Shown: positions 33,134 to 44,358, numbered from the stretch's first letter. The stretch: DNA of 53,157 bases from an uncultured Bacilli bacterium (GCA_934097105.1 CAKONI010000004.1:1-53157), one strand, 5' to 3'. The notes: generated from the letters alone by a model not told the origin. Made by a program: numbers and translations.

Positions 33134-34441
33134 TTAGAATGGTAATTTGAAATTTCCATTTGAGAATTGTTTCATCATTTTTTTACTTTGTTCAAATTGG
33201 GTAAGAAGTCTATTTACTTCTTGAATGCTTCTTCCACTACCTTTTGCTATTCTTTGCTTTCTGCTTGCCTTTATTATATCTGGATTTTTTCTTTCGCGTG
33301 GTGTCATTGAAAGTATTATTGCTTCGACATGGGCAAGATCTTTTGGATCTATATTTATATTGTTAAGTCCCATTTTTTTGGCTCCTGGAAGTAGTTTTAG
33401 GATTGATTCTATTGAACCTAGTTTTTTTATTTGTTTCATTTGTGATAGGAAATCTTCTAAGTCGAATTTTCCACTTCTCATTTTTTTAAGGGATTTTTCG
33501 GCTTCTTTTTCGTCTATTACTTCGTTTGCTTTGTCTACTATTGATAAGATGTCTCCCATACCAATTATTCTAGATGCCATTCTATCTGGATAAAAGTAGT
33601 CTAGTCCATCTAGTTTTTCGGAAATTCCAATAAATTTTATTGGAACGTTTGTTAAATGTCTTACGGAAAGAGCAACTCCTCCTCTGGTATCGCCATCTAA
33701 CTTGGTAAGGATTACTCCGGTTAAATCTAGTTTTTCGTTAAATCCTGTGATTACATTGATTGCGTCTTGTCCCATCATTGAGTCTATTACTAATAATATT
33801 TCTTCTGGTTTTACTTCATCTTTTATGCATATTAGTTCGTCCATTAGGCTTTCGTCTATATGAAGTCTTCCGGCAGTATCTATTAGAACGTAATCGTAGC
33901 CATTTTCTTTGGCGTATTCTATGGCATTTTTACTTATTATTGAAGGGTCTTTTTTTCCCTCTGAGTAGACTTCTATGCCAAGTTCTTTCCCTATTTGTTT
34001 TAGTTGATCGATTGCTGCGGGTCTATATACATCACAGGCTACTAGAAGTGGTTTTTTCTTGTTTTTCTTTCTAAGTAAATTGGCAAGTTTTCCAATTGTA
34101 GTAGTTTTACCGCTTCCTTGAAGCCCCACTAACATAAGGCAAGCAGGATTTCCTACTGTATTAAGTGGTGCGTTTTCTCCGCCTAGAAGTTCTTCTAATT
34201 CGTCTCTAATTATTCCTACGAACATTTCTCCTGGAGATAGGCTCTTTTTTACTTCTTCTCCTAGGGCTTTTTCTTTTACTTTATTTGTAAATTCTCTGAC
34301 TACTTTATAGTTTACGTCTGCTTCGAGTAGAGCAAGTCTTACTTCTCTAAGCATTGGATCTATATTTTCTTCTGTTATTTTTCCGTGTCCTTTTATATTT
34401 TTTATGACTTTTTCTAGTCTATCGCTTAATCCTTCAAACAT
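33134..34441 (-). CDS. ffh: Signal recognition particle protein Ffh
   Basis: Start moved to MFEGLSDRLEKVIKNIKG (ATG 34441). GTPase motifs GLQGSGKTTT, DTAGR and TKLDG, plus a Met-rich M domain. Confidence 0.95.
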   Translation of the reverse strand: MFEGLSDRLEKVIKNIKGHGKITEENIDPMLREVRLALLEADVNYKVVREFTNKVKEKALGEEVKKSLSPGEMFVGIIRDELEELLGGENAPLNTVGNPACLMLVGLQGSGKTTTIGKLANLLRKKNKKKPLLVACDVYRPAAIDQLKQIGKELGIEVYSEGKKDPSIISKNAIEYAKENGYDYVLIDTAGRLHIDESLMDELICIKDEVKPEEILLVIDSMMGQDAINVITGFNEKLDLTGVILTKLDGDTRGGVALSVRHLTNVPIKFIGISEKLDGLDYFYPDRMASRIIGMGDILSIVDKANEVIDEKEAEKSLKKMRSGKFDLEDFLSQMKQIKKLGSIESILKLLPGAKKMGLNNINIDPKDLAHVEAIILSMTPRERKNPDIIKASRKQRIAKGSGRSIQEVNRLLTQFEQSKKMMKQFSNGNFKLPF

Positions 34442-34520
34442 TATATCACCCTTTAATAATTGTACTAAATTTGAAGTGAAATGTCTATTGTTAAGTCCCA
34501 TTTTTTTATAAAAAAAAGGA

Positions 34521-35108
34521 TTATAGTAATTCTATATCCTCTTCTTCTTGTTCTTCTTTCTTTTCTATAGGTTCTTCTTTTGGTTTTATTGGCTCTTTGA
34601 TGATTTCTTCTTTTTTTATTTCTTTATTGTATTCAGTATTATTAAATTCTAAATCAAAGGCATTGATTGTTGGTAGTACTTCTGTTATATCTTCTTTTTC
34701 TGGTTCGTCTATATTTGCTATGTTTGCATCTACCAAAGGAATTTCGATTTTTTCGTTATTTTCTATAGTATTTACTGGTTCTTCTTTTTCTTTAGTTTCA
34801 GTTATATTTTCGTTTTCAATAGTGTTTGCATTGTTATTCATAACGTCGTTGATACCCATATTGGTGGGAACGTTATAGGGTTCTGGCACTTCTTTTGGGC
34901 GATCTTCAACGCTAGTAATTGGCGTTATGTTGTTTTCTTCATTTGGTTGCATGTTGTTTTCGCTATTATATATACTTAAACTTGTAGCATCTACTGCTTT
35001 TGTTTCTGATCTATATGCTATTATTATTATAATTATTGAAATTAGTATTAAACCAACACCAATTGTTATTAAAATTCCTGGGAATTCTATAAGTGTGTTT
35101 AAATCCAT
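34521..35108 (-). CDS. Membrane-anchored acidic low-complexity protein
   Basis: One N-terminal TM helix (GILITIGVGLILISIIIIIIAY) followed by an E/N/I/K-rich tail. No motif recognised. Confidence 0.5.
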   Translation of the reverse strand: MDLNTLIEFPGILITIGVGLILISIIIIIIAYRSETKAVDATSLSIYNSENNMQPNEENNITPITSVEDRPKEVPEPYNVPTNMGINDVMNNNANTIENENITETKEKEEPVNTIENNEKIEIPLVDANIANIDEPEKEDITEVLPTINAFDLEFNNTEYNKEIKKEEIIKEPIKPKEEPIEKKEEQEEEDIELL

Positions 35109-35187
35109 GAAATCAACTCCTCTTTATTCTACTTAAATCATATCAAAAAGCAAGTAAAAATGCAATGTTTTTTTGACATTTTATTTT

Positions 35188-36477
35188 CTACTTTACTATA
35201 TTTCTGTTAAGTTTTGGTGTCATTTTTACTGTTGATTTAGTATTAAAGATAATTTTTTCTTTTATTTCTTTTAATTTATTGAAGTCTAATTTTTTAATTA
35301 TTTCAATTTTATTTGGTATAAATTTTTCATAATCTAACACATCATCTAGGATTGAATATAGGATGCTGTTTATATTTGAAATTGTTTTTACTTCACTTGC
35401 TATCCAAGATTTTTTTTGTCTTTCGAAGTCTTCTTTGTTTATTTTTATATCTTTTAAGTAGTCATCTAATTCTTTTTCTAATTCGTCTGGTTTTTCTGAT
35501 ATGGCATCGAATTCTATTACGTAGTGGCTTTCGGTTTCTATTATTTTATAGAAACTTGATGAGAATAGTTTTTGTTTTAACCATTTTTCTCTTATTTCTG
35601 AGGTTAGTCCTAGTCCCATATTTAATAATGCATTTAAGTAAAGATCTAGTTCGAAGTTTGTTATTTTTAAATCTTTTAAAGCATTTTTATTTATTTTATA
35701 GGCTACGGCTATTTTTGTGTTATCTATATTAAATTCTATGTTTTCATATTTTTTGTAAACGTGATCTGGTTCGTTTTTGTATATTTTTTCTATTTTTTGG
35801 TTTTTGTTTTGGAAATTTTTTGTATTTTCTTTTATTATTTCTAGAGCCATTTTTGGATCGAAGTTTCCTATACTTATTATGAACATATTGTTTGGACTAT
35901 AGAAACTGTTATAACAGGTTTCTAACTCTTCTTTTGCGATTCTTTTTATGTCTTCGTCGGTTCCTATTACTTTGTTACGATAGGGATCGTTTACGAAGAC
36001 ATTTTCTTTTATTTTTTCACTTAGTACTCTGTTTGGATTATCTTTATACATGCTTGCTTCTTCTAGTATTATTCCTTGTTCTTTTTTTACTAGATCTTCT
36101 GTTAGGGTAAGGCCTTGAATCCAGTTTACTAAATAGGTTAGATTTTTTTTGTAACTTTTGTTTCCATATATGTAATAACTTGTAAAGTCGTGTGATGTTG
36201 AGGCGTTTACGTCTGTTCCAAATTTTTCATAGAATGTGAAAGGATTTTCTTTTTCTTTTTCGAATAGTTTATGTTCTAGAAAGTGGGCTATTCCTGTTGG
36301 AGTTTGAATTTGTTTTCCATCTATAGAGAATTCTATGTTTCTTCCTCCGTATTTTGTTACGAACATACATGTATAACTTTTTTTTGTTTTTAGTGGCACT
36401 AAAAATACTTCTAGGCCATTTTCTAATTTTTCGTAATATAATTTTTCTTTGAAGTTGTTTATGTTTATTTTTTCCAT
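35188..36477 (-). CDS. M16 family zinc peptidase (active-type subunit)
   Basis: HFLEHKLF is the inverted zincin HxxEH motif. Start moved to ATG 36477 (MEKININ) behind a GGGAGA RBS. Paired with an upstream M16 paralogue. Confidence 0.8.
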   Translation of the reverse strand: MEKININNFKEKLYYEKLENGLEVFLVPLKTKKSYTCMFVTKYGGRNIEFSIDGKQIQTPTGIAHFLEHKLFEKEKENPFTFYEKFGTDVNASTSHDFTSYYIYGNKSYKKNLTYLVNWIQGLTLTEDLVKKEQGIILEEASMYKDNPNRVLSEKIKENVFVNDPYRNKVIGTDEDIKRIAKEELETCYNSFYSPNNMFIISIGNFDPKMALEIIKENTKNFQNKNQKIEKIYKNEPDHVYKKYENIEFNIDNTKIAVAYKINKNALKDLKITNFELDLYLNALLNMGLGLTSEIREKWLKQKLFSSSFYKIIETESHYVIEFDAISEKPDELEKELDDYLKDIKINKEDFERQKKSWIASEVKTISNINSILYSILDDVLDYEKFIPNKIEIIKKLDFNKLKEIKEKIIFNTKSTVKMTPKLNRNIVK

Positions 36478-36478
36478 T

Positions 36479-37729
36479 TTATCTCCCAATTTCTTCTGCT
36501 AAAAGTATGGTGTCTATATTTATTTTATTTGCTACTTTTATTATGCTTTCTTTGTCTATTTTTTGTATATTTTCTTTTTGTGTTTCGTATAATTCTCCGT
36601 CAAAATATAGGTAATTGAAGTAATAGTCTACAATTGAACCTTGGTAATCTGTTATTTCTTTTAAGGTGCTTAGTAATACTTCTTTGGCATTTTTTACGTC
36701 TCTTAAGGAGAAATTTCCTTTTTTCATTTCTTCTATTTCTTTTAAAACTTCTTCTTTTACTCGTTGGAAGTTTTCTTTTGATATTCCTGCTTGTATTAGG
36801 AATATTCCGTCTATTCTATTTATTCTTGAGGTTATGTTATAGGTATACGAGTGTTTTTCTCTTACGTTTTTAAATAGTTTTGAGTTTGGTGAACTTCCTA
36901 GTATGATGTTGTAAGCAAGGGATGCGTATTTTTTTTCAAAGTTGGTTAAATTCTTTATGGAACTTCCCATTATTAGTGTTGATTGTGAGTAATCTGTTTT
37001 TTTGATTTCTTCGCTGTAGTCTTTTTCATATGATAGGTAGAAGTCTTTTACTTTGTTTTGGGTTCCTTTTAAGAGAAATTTGTCTTCGATTAGTTTTTCC
37101 ATATTATTAAAGTCTATATCTCCGAGTACTAGTATATCTATATTGTTTGTGCTATAAAATGTTTTATAGAATTCATATAGGTTTTCTGGTGTTATTTTTT
37201 CTAGATCCTCTATTTTTCCTTCTGCTTTGTAGGTGTATATTTTTTCTCCTAGAAGTTTTTTATATTCTGTGAAACTATAGTAACTTGGATTTTCTTTTTG
37301 TCCTTGCAGATATAATTTTAATTTTTCATAGGTTATTTCAAATCCTTGTTTATTGAATTTTTCGTCTTCTATATTTGGTTTTTTTAATATTTCCATGAAG
37401 AAATCTAGGCTTTCTTTTAGGAGACCTTTATTAGTATATTTTTCGTCTATTACTGAAATGTTCATTTCTAGAAACATGTATCTACCTTTTCTATAGACGT
37501 TTGACCAAATACTTGCGCCATATAGATCTTGTCTTTTTTTTACTATTTCTTTTTCTGTTTTATATTTGTTTGATGAAAAAAGAAGATTGTCCGCTAATAG
37601 GCTTCTTTTGGTTAGTTCTTCTTCTTTGATTTCTTTCCAAAATATTATCTTAAATAGTGTTGTTTTAAAGTTTTTGTTTTTTATTAGATGTAAGTTGTAA
37701 CCATCTTTTTGGATATTTTTAATGTCCAT
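36479..37729 (-). CDS. M16 family peptidase-like protein (no HxxEH, probably the non-catalytic partner)
   Basis: 416 aa with the length and pattern of an M16B partner. No HxxEH motif is present. Adjacent and nearly overlapping with the active-type subunit. Confidence 0.65.
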   Translation of the reverse strand: MDIKNIQKDGYNLHLIKNKNFKTTLFKIIFWKEIKEEELTKRSLLADNLLFSSNKYKTEKEIVKKRQDLYGASIWSNVYRKGRYMFLEMNISVIDEKYTNKGLLKESLDFFMEILKKPNIEDEKFNKQGFEITYEKLKLYLQGQKENPSYYSFTEYKKLLGEKIYTYKAEGKIEDLEKITPENLYEFYKTFYSTNNIDILVLGDIDFNNMEKLIEDKFLLKGTQNKVKDFYLSYEKDYSEEIKKTDYSQSTLIMGSSIKNLTNFEKKYASLAYNIILGSSPNSKLFKNVREKHSYTYNITSRINRIDGIFLIQAGISKENFQRVKEEVLKEIEEMKKGNFSLRDVKNAKEVLLSTLKEITDYQGSIVDYYFNYLYFDGELYETQKENIQKIDKESIIKVANKINIDTILLAEEIGR

Positions 37730-37762
37730 TTCATCACCCTCTTTTATTATGGATTGTTTTTG

Positions 37763-38455
37763 TTATTTTATGGCTTCTAGGGCCAATTTTATTGCTTTTT
37801 CAAAGCCTTTTTCTCTTTCTTCAGGTTTTAGGCTTTCTCCTTTTAAAGTATCGGATACTGTTAGGATAGATGTTGCTTCTTTTTTTAGGGAATTTGCTAC
37901 TAAGAGAAGTGCGAAACTTTCCATTTCAAGTCCTAAAGATGAGTATGCTTTTTTGTTTTCTTTGTTTGTTGTTTTATAAAATACGTCGCTTGTATATATT
38001 TTTCCTTTGTTTATTTGAATGTTTTGACTATTTGCTGTCTTTATTATTAGATCGTTTAAATAGGTGCTTGATTTTATTTGTTTTTTTCTTTTTTCCATGT
38101 ATGAGTGTGAGAAGTTTGAGGAGGTTTCGGCGGATAGTGCTAGTAATATGTCATTTAGTTTTATATTAGTTTGCATTGATTTACATGATCCTACTCGTAT
38201 TATTTTTTCTACGTCATAAAACTTAAATAGTTCATAGGCATAGATTGACATGCTTGGCATTCCCATTCCTGAGGGCACTACTGAAATTTTTTTATTTTTA
38301 TAGGTTCCTGTGTAGGCGGTCATACCTCTTACGTCGTTTATTAGTTTTGGGTTTTCTAAAAAGTTTTCGGCAATATATTTTGCTCTTTTTGGATCTCCGG
38401 GCATTATTACTAGTTTTTCTATCTCACCTTTTTTGGCGTTTATATGGGGCGTCAT
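37763..38455 (-). CDS. deoD: Purine nucleoside phosphorylase, DeoD type
   Basis: MTPHINAKKGEIEKLVIMPGDPKRAKYIAENFLE...VRGM..YTGTYK...SGMGMPS closely parallels E. coli DeoD. Confidence 0.9.
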   Translation of the reverse strand: MTPHINAKKGEIEKLVIMPGDPKRAKYIAENFLENPKLINDVRGMTAYTGTYKNKKISVVPSGMGMPSMSIYAYELFKFYDVEKIIRVGSCKSMQTNIKLNDILLALSAETSSNFSHSYMEKRKKQIKSSTYLNDLIIKTANSQNIQINKGKIYTSDVFYKTTNKENKKAYSSLGLEMESFALLLVANSLKKEATSILTVSDTLKGESLKPEEREKGFEKAIKLALEAIK

Positions 38456-38464
38456 ATTTCCTCC

Positions 38465-40693
38465 TTATTCGTCTTCTAATTTTACTAGGACTTCACGTGG
38501 TTTTGAGCCATTTTGGGGTCCGATTATTCCGCGTTCTTCTAATAGGTCTATGATGCGGGCTGCTCTATTGTATCCTAGTTTGAATCTTCTTTGTAATAGT
38601 GATGCACTTGCTTTTTGTTGAGTGATGACGAATTCTACTATTTCGTTGTATAGAGGGTCGTCATATTCTTCTTTTTCATTTGATATAGTGTTTTCTTTTA
38701 TTTCTGAGTCTACATTTTCAAGGTTCATGAAGTTTTGATCGAATGATGCTTTTTGCTGAGAAATGCAGTAGTCTACAACTTTTTTTATTTGTTCTTCATC
38801 TATGAAGGCTCCTTGAATTCTTTCTGGAACGTTTTCACCCATTGGTAAGAATAGCATATCTCCTTTTCCTAGAAGTTTTTCTGCTCCGACCATGTCTAGG
38901 ATGGTTCTTGAGTCTATACTTGATGATACGGCGAATGATATCCTAGATGGGATGTTTGATTTTATAAGTCCCGTGATTACATCTGTTGATGGTCTTTGGG
39001 TCGCTATTACTAAGTGGATTCCGGCGGCACGGGCCATTTGGGTAATTCTCATGATTGAGTCTTCTACTTCTTTGCCTGCTACTAACATAAGGTCTGCTAA
39101 TTCATCTACGATTACGACTATATATGGCATTTTTGTTAGTTGTTCATCTTCTGGTAATTTTTTATTTTTTTCTTCAATTATTTTATTGTATCCGGTTATA
39201 TTTTTGGTTCCTAGTTCTTCGAACAGGTCATAACGTCTTTCCATTTCACTTACTGCTCTTTTTAAGGCTACTGAGGCTTTTCTTGGATCGGTTACGACTG
39301 GTGTTAAAAGATGAGGAATTCCATTGTAGATGGAAAGTTCTACCTTTTTGGGATCGACCATTACTAGTTTTACTTCATCAGGTTTGGCTTTCATAAGGAT
39401 GGATACTAGCATTGTATTTATACAAACAGATTTTCCTGATCCTGTGGCGCCCGCTACTAAAAGGTGTGGTGTTTTGTCTATGTCGCACCATTTTACTTTT
39501 CCCATGATGTCTTTTCCGAGCGCTACGGAAAGTGGATGATTTTTAGTTTGTTTGGGCATAAGTTCTAGGGTTTCTCTTAAGGTTACTGGTTGGGCTTGTT
39601 CGTTTGGCATTTCTATACCTACGGTGCTTTTTCCTGGAATTGGTGCTTGTATTCTGATATCTTTTTTAGCGAGTGCAAGTGATATTTCTTTGTTGATTGT
39701 AAGTATTTTTGATACTCTTGTTCCTGATGATAGTGAAAGTTCATATTGGGTTACAGTTGGTCCGATATTTACTTCGACAACTTTTGCACTTATTCCAAAA
39801 TCACGAAGTACTTGTTCTAGGGATTCGATATTTTTTTCTATTTGGGTATGATCTGTAACTTTTTTCTTGTTTTTGGCTTCGGGTAATATATCTATTGGTG
39901 GAAGTGTGTAACTTCTATTAACTGGAGATGATTCTTCTTGGGCTGGTTTTTCTTTTTTATCATCTTTTATTTTTGTTAGTTCTTTTATGTCGTGTACTAC
40001 TATTTTTTCGTCATTGTGATCTACAATTTTTGGTTCTTCTTTTGATAAGGAAGCGCTTTCTTTTATTTTTTCCTCTTTTTCTTTTGGCGTACGTTTTAGG
40101 CTTTTGGCTTTTTCTTTTCCTTTATCTAGAATGTCTTTGATGCTTAGGCCTGTGAAAATCATAAAGCCTGAGACAAGCAGAATTGGTACGACTACTTTTG
40201 TTCCTTGAGCATCGAATAAGGCATAGAAAAGTGATGAGAAAATGGCTCCGAATATTCCTCCGCCTGTATTTGATAGGGCTGCGTTAAATACTCCAGTTTG
40301 AACACTTTTGTTCATAATTTTTTCTATTCCTAGCATTAAGTAATCTATGGTTTCTGTAAAAATTTTGCTTGGATTTATGTTGTCTAGGACATAGTTTTGA
40401 TGCATTAGAACTGTAAGGCCAATTACAAAAAGATAAACTCCGATCATTTTTGAGGATAGAAAGTTTATACTTTTTCTATTTACAATTATAAAGATTCCTG
40501 ATATAAGGAGTACTATTAGTAAGAAAAAATATAGGTTTCCAACTAAAAATAGAGAAAATGATGCGACTACTCTACCAGCAAATCCATATTTTCCTATTCC
40601 TAGTATTGCTAATAATATAAAAAGGATTCCATAAAGTTCTATTAAATAAGATGGTTTTTTGTCTTTTGCTTTTCTTGATTTTTTTTTGGCCAT
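38465..40693 (-). CDS. ftsK: DNA translocase FtsK/SpoIIIE
   Basis: N-terminal TM helices and a linker. Motor domain with Walker A GATGSGKS and Walker B VVIVDELADL. Gamma domain winged helix SASLLQRRFKLGYNRAARIIDLLEERGIIGP. Confidence 0.95.
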   Translation of the reverse strand: MAKKKSRKAKDKKPSYLIELYGILFILLAILGIGKYGFAGRVVASFSLFLVGNLYFFLLIVLLISGIFIIVNRKSINFLSSKMIGVYLFVIGLTVLMHQNYVLDNINPSKIFTETIDYLMLGIEKIMNKSVQTGVFNAALSNTGGGIFGAIFSSLFYALFDAQGTKVVVPILLVSGFMIFTGLSIKDILDKGKEKAKSLKRTPKEKEEKIKESASLSKEEPKIVDHNDEKIVVHDIKELTKIKDDKKEKPAQEESSPVNRSYTLPPIDILPEAKNKKKVTDHTQIEKNIESLEQVLRDFGISAKVVEVNIGPTVTQYELSLSSGTRVSKILTINKEISLALAKKDIRIQAPIPGKSTVGIEMPNEQAQPVTLRETLELMPKQTKNHPLSVALGKDIMGKVKWCDIDKTPHLLVAGATGSGKSVCINTMLVSILMKAKPDEVKLVMVDPKKVELSIYNGIPHLLTPVVTDPRKASVALKRAVSEMERRYDLFEELGTKNITGYNKIIEEKNKKLPEDEQLTKMPYIVVIVDELADLMLVAGKEVEDSIMRITQMARAAGIHLVIATQRPSTDVITGLIKSNIPSRISFAVSSSIDSRTILDMVGAEKLLGKGDMLFLPMGENVPERIQGAFIDEEQIKKVVDYCISQQKASFDQNFMNLENVDSEIKENTISNEKEEYDDPLYNEIVEFVITQQKASASLLQRRFKLGYNRAARIIDLLEERGIIGPQNGSKPREVLVKLEDE

Positions 40694-40879
40694 TTTATCA
40701 CTCCTACTCTATTTACATTATAACACAACAAGTTTTGTAAATACTAGTACTTTTTATAAAATATTTTTTGGTTATTTACATATTAAAAGTCATAAATATT
40801 TTTGTAATATCTATGACTTTTGTATTAATATTATAGATTTAATTTAAAGGATAAAACTTTATTTTTTATTTATCATTAT

Positions 40880-41686
40880 TTATCTTGTAGAACTTTTTTG
40901 AATAGTTGGACTCATGAATCCATATGCTACAGTTTTTAATGGTTCTTCGTCCATTTTTTCTATTTTGTCATCTATATATTTTATGCTAGATGCTAAACTA
41001 CTTTTGTAATCTTCTATTTGAAGTTTTGTTACGTCTTCTGGAACGTTTGGCACTTTATCTACATTTTTAAATAATGTTAACATGTTAGTGTATTTTTCTT
41101 TGGCTCCTAGATCTTGTAGTGTATATAAATCTTCAATTACTAGATTTTTTATTTCTTTATCGCCTGTACTATTTTTGTAGTTATTTATTCTGCCATTGTA
41201 TATAACTGTTGCATTACTGTTTGTAAGTTCTTCGTATTCTTCTTTTTGAAGACTGCTGTATATTTTTAATGAATATAAATATAATTTATAGATTGGGTCG
41301 TTTAATATTTTATCTTCATTTGTATTTTCATCTACTTGGAATGGAACTTTGGCATGTAAAAATATATCGCTATCTTCATTTTGACAATATGGTAAGATAT
41401 CATAGCCTTCTATTTCACATTTTCTGTATTCTCCATCTCCATTTACTAGTTCTTTTTTAAAATTATCTTCCCACATGAGTAAACTGTCACAAGCTTCTAT
41501 AAATTCTTCTGGTGAGTAATTTTTATTTGCATAGCTTTCTTTTATGTTTCTAGCGCATTCTATTTTTAAATTGTTAAGCATATTTTCAAGTCTTACAATT
41601 TTTTTTGCTTGTGTGTCATATAGTCTTGGTTTTTCGTTTAAGATGTCTTCTAATCTTTTGGTATAGTATTTATAATCTTTTTCCAT
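40880..41686 (-). CDS. Hypothetical cytoplasmic protein (268 aa)
   Basis: Intact ORF only 3 nt downstream of the preceding gene. No motif recognised. Confidence 0.5.
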   Translation of the reverse strand: MEKDYKYYTKRLEDILNEKPRLYDTQAKKIVRLENMLNNLKIECARNIKESYANKNYSPEEFIEACDSLLMWEDNFKKELVNGDGEYRKCEIEGYDILPYCQNEDSDIFLHAKVPFQVDENTNEDKILNDPIYKLYLYSLKIYSSLQKEEYEELTNSNATVIYNGRINNYKNSTGDKEIKNLVIEDLYTLQDLGAKEKYTNMLTLFKNVDKVPNVPEDVTKLQIEDYKSSLASSIKYIDDKIEKMDEEPLKTVAYGFMSPTIQKSSTR

Positions 41687-41689
41687 AGT

Positions 41690-42310
41690 TTACTCCATTT
41701 CATATATTTCTAATTTTTTATCATTATGAAGTAGTTTTACTACTACTTCTTTTGGATAGTCTAAATCTTTTTTATATTCTAGATTTACTGTTACTACATA
41801 TGCATTGTCGTCTTTTACGTTTTTTTTGTCTAGTTTTTCTGTTTTTATTTCTTTTACGCTTGAATTTGTTACTTCGGGTAGTTCTTGTTTTCTATCACCG
41901 GATACGTTAATTTCTATATATTTATAAACTGTGTCTGAAGCTTTTAGGGCAAAGTTTTCTCTACTTTTTTCACTTATAAATGTTATGCCTCCGATGTCGT
42001 TTTTGGATGTTTTGCTATTTAAATCGTAGAAGTCTACTGCGAACATTTGTGATATTAGTTTTGCATATTCTTCTTCGTTTACTTTATCTGCTTTTAGTAC
42101 TTTTACTAGTTCTTTGAATAGTTGTTTGTACTGTTTTGGCTTGTTGTTTTCTAGGACGTATCCATATTCTTTTATTTCGTCTACTACTTTGACTTTATTT
42201 TCACTTTTTTTACCATTTGTTAGGATAAGTACTCCGATAAATATAATGAATGCTAATGCAAGTATTAAAAATATTACTACTTTTTTCTTTAGTTTTCTTT
42301 TTTGTTTCAT
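41690..42310 (-). CDS. Hypothetical membrane-anchored extracytoplasmic protein (206 aa)
   Basis: N-terminal KK-rich segment plus a TM helix (VVIFLILALAFIIFIGVLIL). Its start overlaps the ltaS stop by 4 nt. Confidence 0.5.
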   Translation of the reverse strand: MKQKRKLKKKVVIFLILALAFIIFIGVLILTNGKKSENKVKVVDEIKEYGYVLENNKPKQYKQLFKELVKVLKADKVNEEEYAKLISQMFAVDFYDLNSKTSKNDIGGITFISEKSRENFALKASDTVYKYIEINVSGDRKQELPEVTNSSVKEIKTEKLDKKNVKDDNAYVVTVNLEYKKDLDYPKEVVVKLLHNDKKLEIYEME

Positions 42311-44358
42311 TTTTGCACCTCTACTTTATTATTTTTATCTTTTTCAAAATAGTTATATACTATTATATCATTTGAAATATCTATTATTTGTTCTGTATAT
42401 TCTTTGTTTTTTCTAATATATTTTTTGCTTACTTTTTTATCTGTAAGTAGTTTATATTCGTTTTTGTTTCCATTGTAATAAACATAGTTTGTTACGAAGT
42501 TTCCATTTGGGAAAGGTACAACATTATCTTTTTTATTCATTATGTCAGAACCTAAGTAGTATTTATTTTTTACTCCTAACATGTTGGAAAGGGTTGGCGC
42601 TAAATCATACATACCCATTGCTGTATGGATTGTTGTTTGGTATTTTTTGAAGTCTTCATCATTTGACCATATTATTAAAGGTACTTTTCTATTTAGTTCT
42701 TGCCAGTAATAATCTAGTTTTTTGTAGTTTGGATCTGTTTCGTCTAAAATAGAGTCTTTCTTATAATCGTAATTATAGTATCTATTCCAATTTGTTGTTG
42801 ATATTCTTGCGTCGTGATCTCCGTATAGAACTATTGCTGTGTTTTCTAGAAGATCGTTTTTTTCTAGTTCTTTTATTAAGTATCCAATTTGTTTATCTGC
42901 GTAGTGTGCTGATATAATGTAGTTACCTAATTTAGTATTTTTTAAGTATGAGTATTCTTTTCCGTTTTTCTTTAGGCCTACATTAAATTCTCCGAATAGT
43001 TCGTTGTAATCGAATGGTGTATGATTACTTAGGGTAATAAGGGTTCCGTAATATTTTTTGTGTTCTTTATTTATTTCTTTTATGTACTCTACGGATTGTC
43101 TTATGAATGATCTGTCTGATAGACCGAATCCAATTTCTTCGTCTATTTCATATGATTTTTTGTCATAGAATTTGTCATAGCCTAGATTTTTGTGCATTAT
43201 ATTTCTATTCCAGAAGTCTCCGGTATTGGCGTGCATACTGAAAGTGTAGTATCCTTTTTCTTTTAAGGTTTTGTAGAGACTGTTATATTCTCTGTTTGAA
43301 TAATTTATGAATACTGTTCCGCTTGAAACTGGAAGTAATGAGGTTGCCACGGTGAATTCTGTGTCACTACTGGTGCCGAAACTTACTTCTGAGTAGAAGT
43401 TATCGAAGTAGATTCCTGATTTTGTTAGTTTGTTTAGGTTTGGTGTTACTTCTTTTCCATTTATTTTCATACCTATTAATATTTGTTGCATACTTTCAGA
43501 ATGTATTGCAATAATATTTTTCCCTTTTAAGGAATTAGTATACTTATTTTTTTTACTATCTTTTTTATTTTTGTAATAATCATTTACTTTTCTATTGGCT
43601 TTGTCTTGTCCAAATAATGTTGCCATTTTGGGTTCGATACTTTTTACTATATCATTTATTTGATACATGTAAACTCCGAATCTTGATACTAGATATTCTC
43701 TGTTCCACTGACTATATAATCTAGAAAAATCAACTGGTTTTAAACTTAATAGAAAGGGAATAAATAGTAAGAGTACCCATATATATATGGTTTTTAATAC
43801 ATCTTTTTTGTGGACTTTTTTAAATATACTTGTGTTTTCTTTTGGTTTTAGTTTTTTATTTAATATAGGTAAAGTTATGGGAAGCCATAAGAATATGAAG
43901 AATTTTATTTGAAGGAGATCTCCGACGACGTTTGAGTCTCCAGTATCATGGTTGGCTAGTACGAATGAGAAGAATGTTATTGATATAAAAGAACTGTAAT
44001 AAAAATAGTAAACTATATTTGAAAGACATACTAATGTACTTACTATGGATATTATAAATAAGTACAAAAAGCGGTATTTTTTCTTTACTAAAAAGTATAG
44101 TGATGAGAAAATTAGGGTTACTATCATGTCTGCTAATACGGGTCTTATGCTAAGGGCGTTTCCTATTGTGAATGCTCTTAGTATTATACCGTTTAGTACT
44201 GCTCCTAGGATGTATACGAATAGTAATTTATTGTCTTTTATTATATTTTTTGTGTCTTTTGATATGTTTTTTATAAAATTAATTATTTTCTCTTTTAGTT
44301 TAGTTTTTTCATTATTGTTTTTCTTTATTTTCTTTATTTCCTTTTTTTCTTTTTTCAT
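42307..44358 (-). CDS. ltaS: LTA synthase family protein (LtaS-like sulfatase-fold enzyme)
   Basis: Five N-terminal TM helices plus an extracellular domain: IAIHSESMQQ...EVTPNLNKLTKSGIYFDNFY...GTSSDTEF, LYGDHD. Confidence 0.85.
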   Translation of the reverse strand: MKKEKKEIKKIKKNNNEKTKLKEKIINFIKNISKDTKNIIKDNKLLFVYILGAVLNGIILRAFTIGNALSIRPVLADMIVTLIFSSLYFLVKKKYRFLYLFIISIVSTLVCLSNIVYYFYYSSFISITFFSFVLANHDTGDSNVVGDLLQIKFFIFLWLPITLPILNKKLKPKENTSIFKKVHKKDVLKTIYIWVLLLFIPFLLSLKPVDFSRLYSQWNREYLVSRFGVYMYQINDIVKSIEPKMATLFGQDKANRKVNDYYKNKKDSKKNKYTNSLKGKNIIAIHSESMQQILIGMKINGKEVTPNLNKLTKSGIYFDNFYSEVSFGTSSDTEFTVATSLLPVSSGTVFINYSNREYNSLYKTLKEKGYYTFSMHANTGDFWNRNIMHKNLGYDKFYDKKSYEIDEEIGFGLSDRSFIRQSVEYIKEINKEHKKYYGTLITLSNHTPFDYNELFGEFNVGLKKNGKEYSYLKNTKLGNYIISAHYADKQIGYLIKELEKNDLLENTAIVLYGDHDARISTTNWNRYYNYDYKKDSILDETDPNYKKLDYYWQELNRKVPLIIWSNDEDFKKYQTTIHTAMGMYDLAPTLSNMLGVKNKYYLGSDIMNKKDNVVPFPNGNFVTNYVYYNGNKNEYKLLTDKKVSKKYIRKNKEYTEQIIDISNDIIVYNYFEKDKNNKVEVQK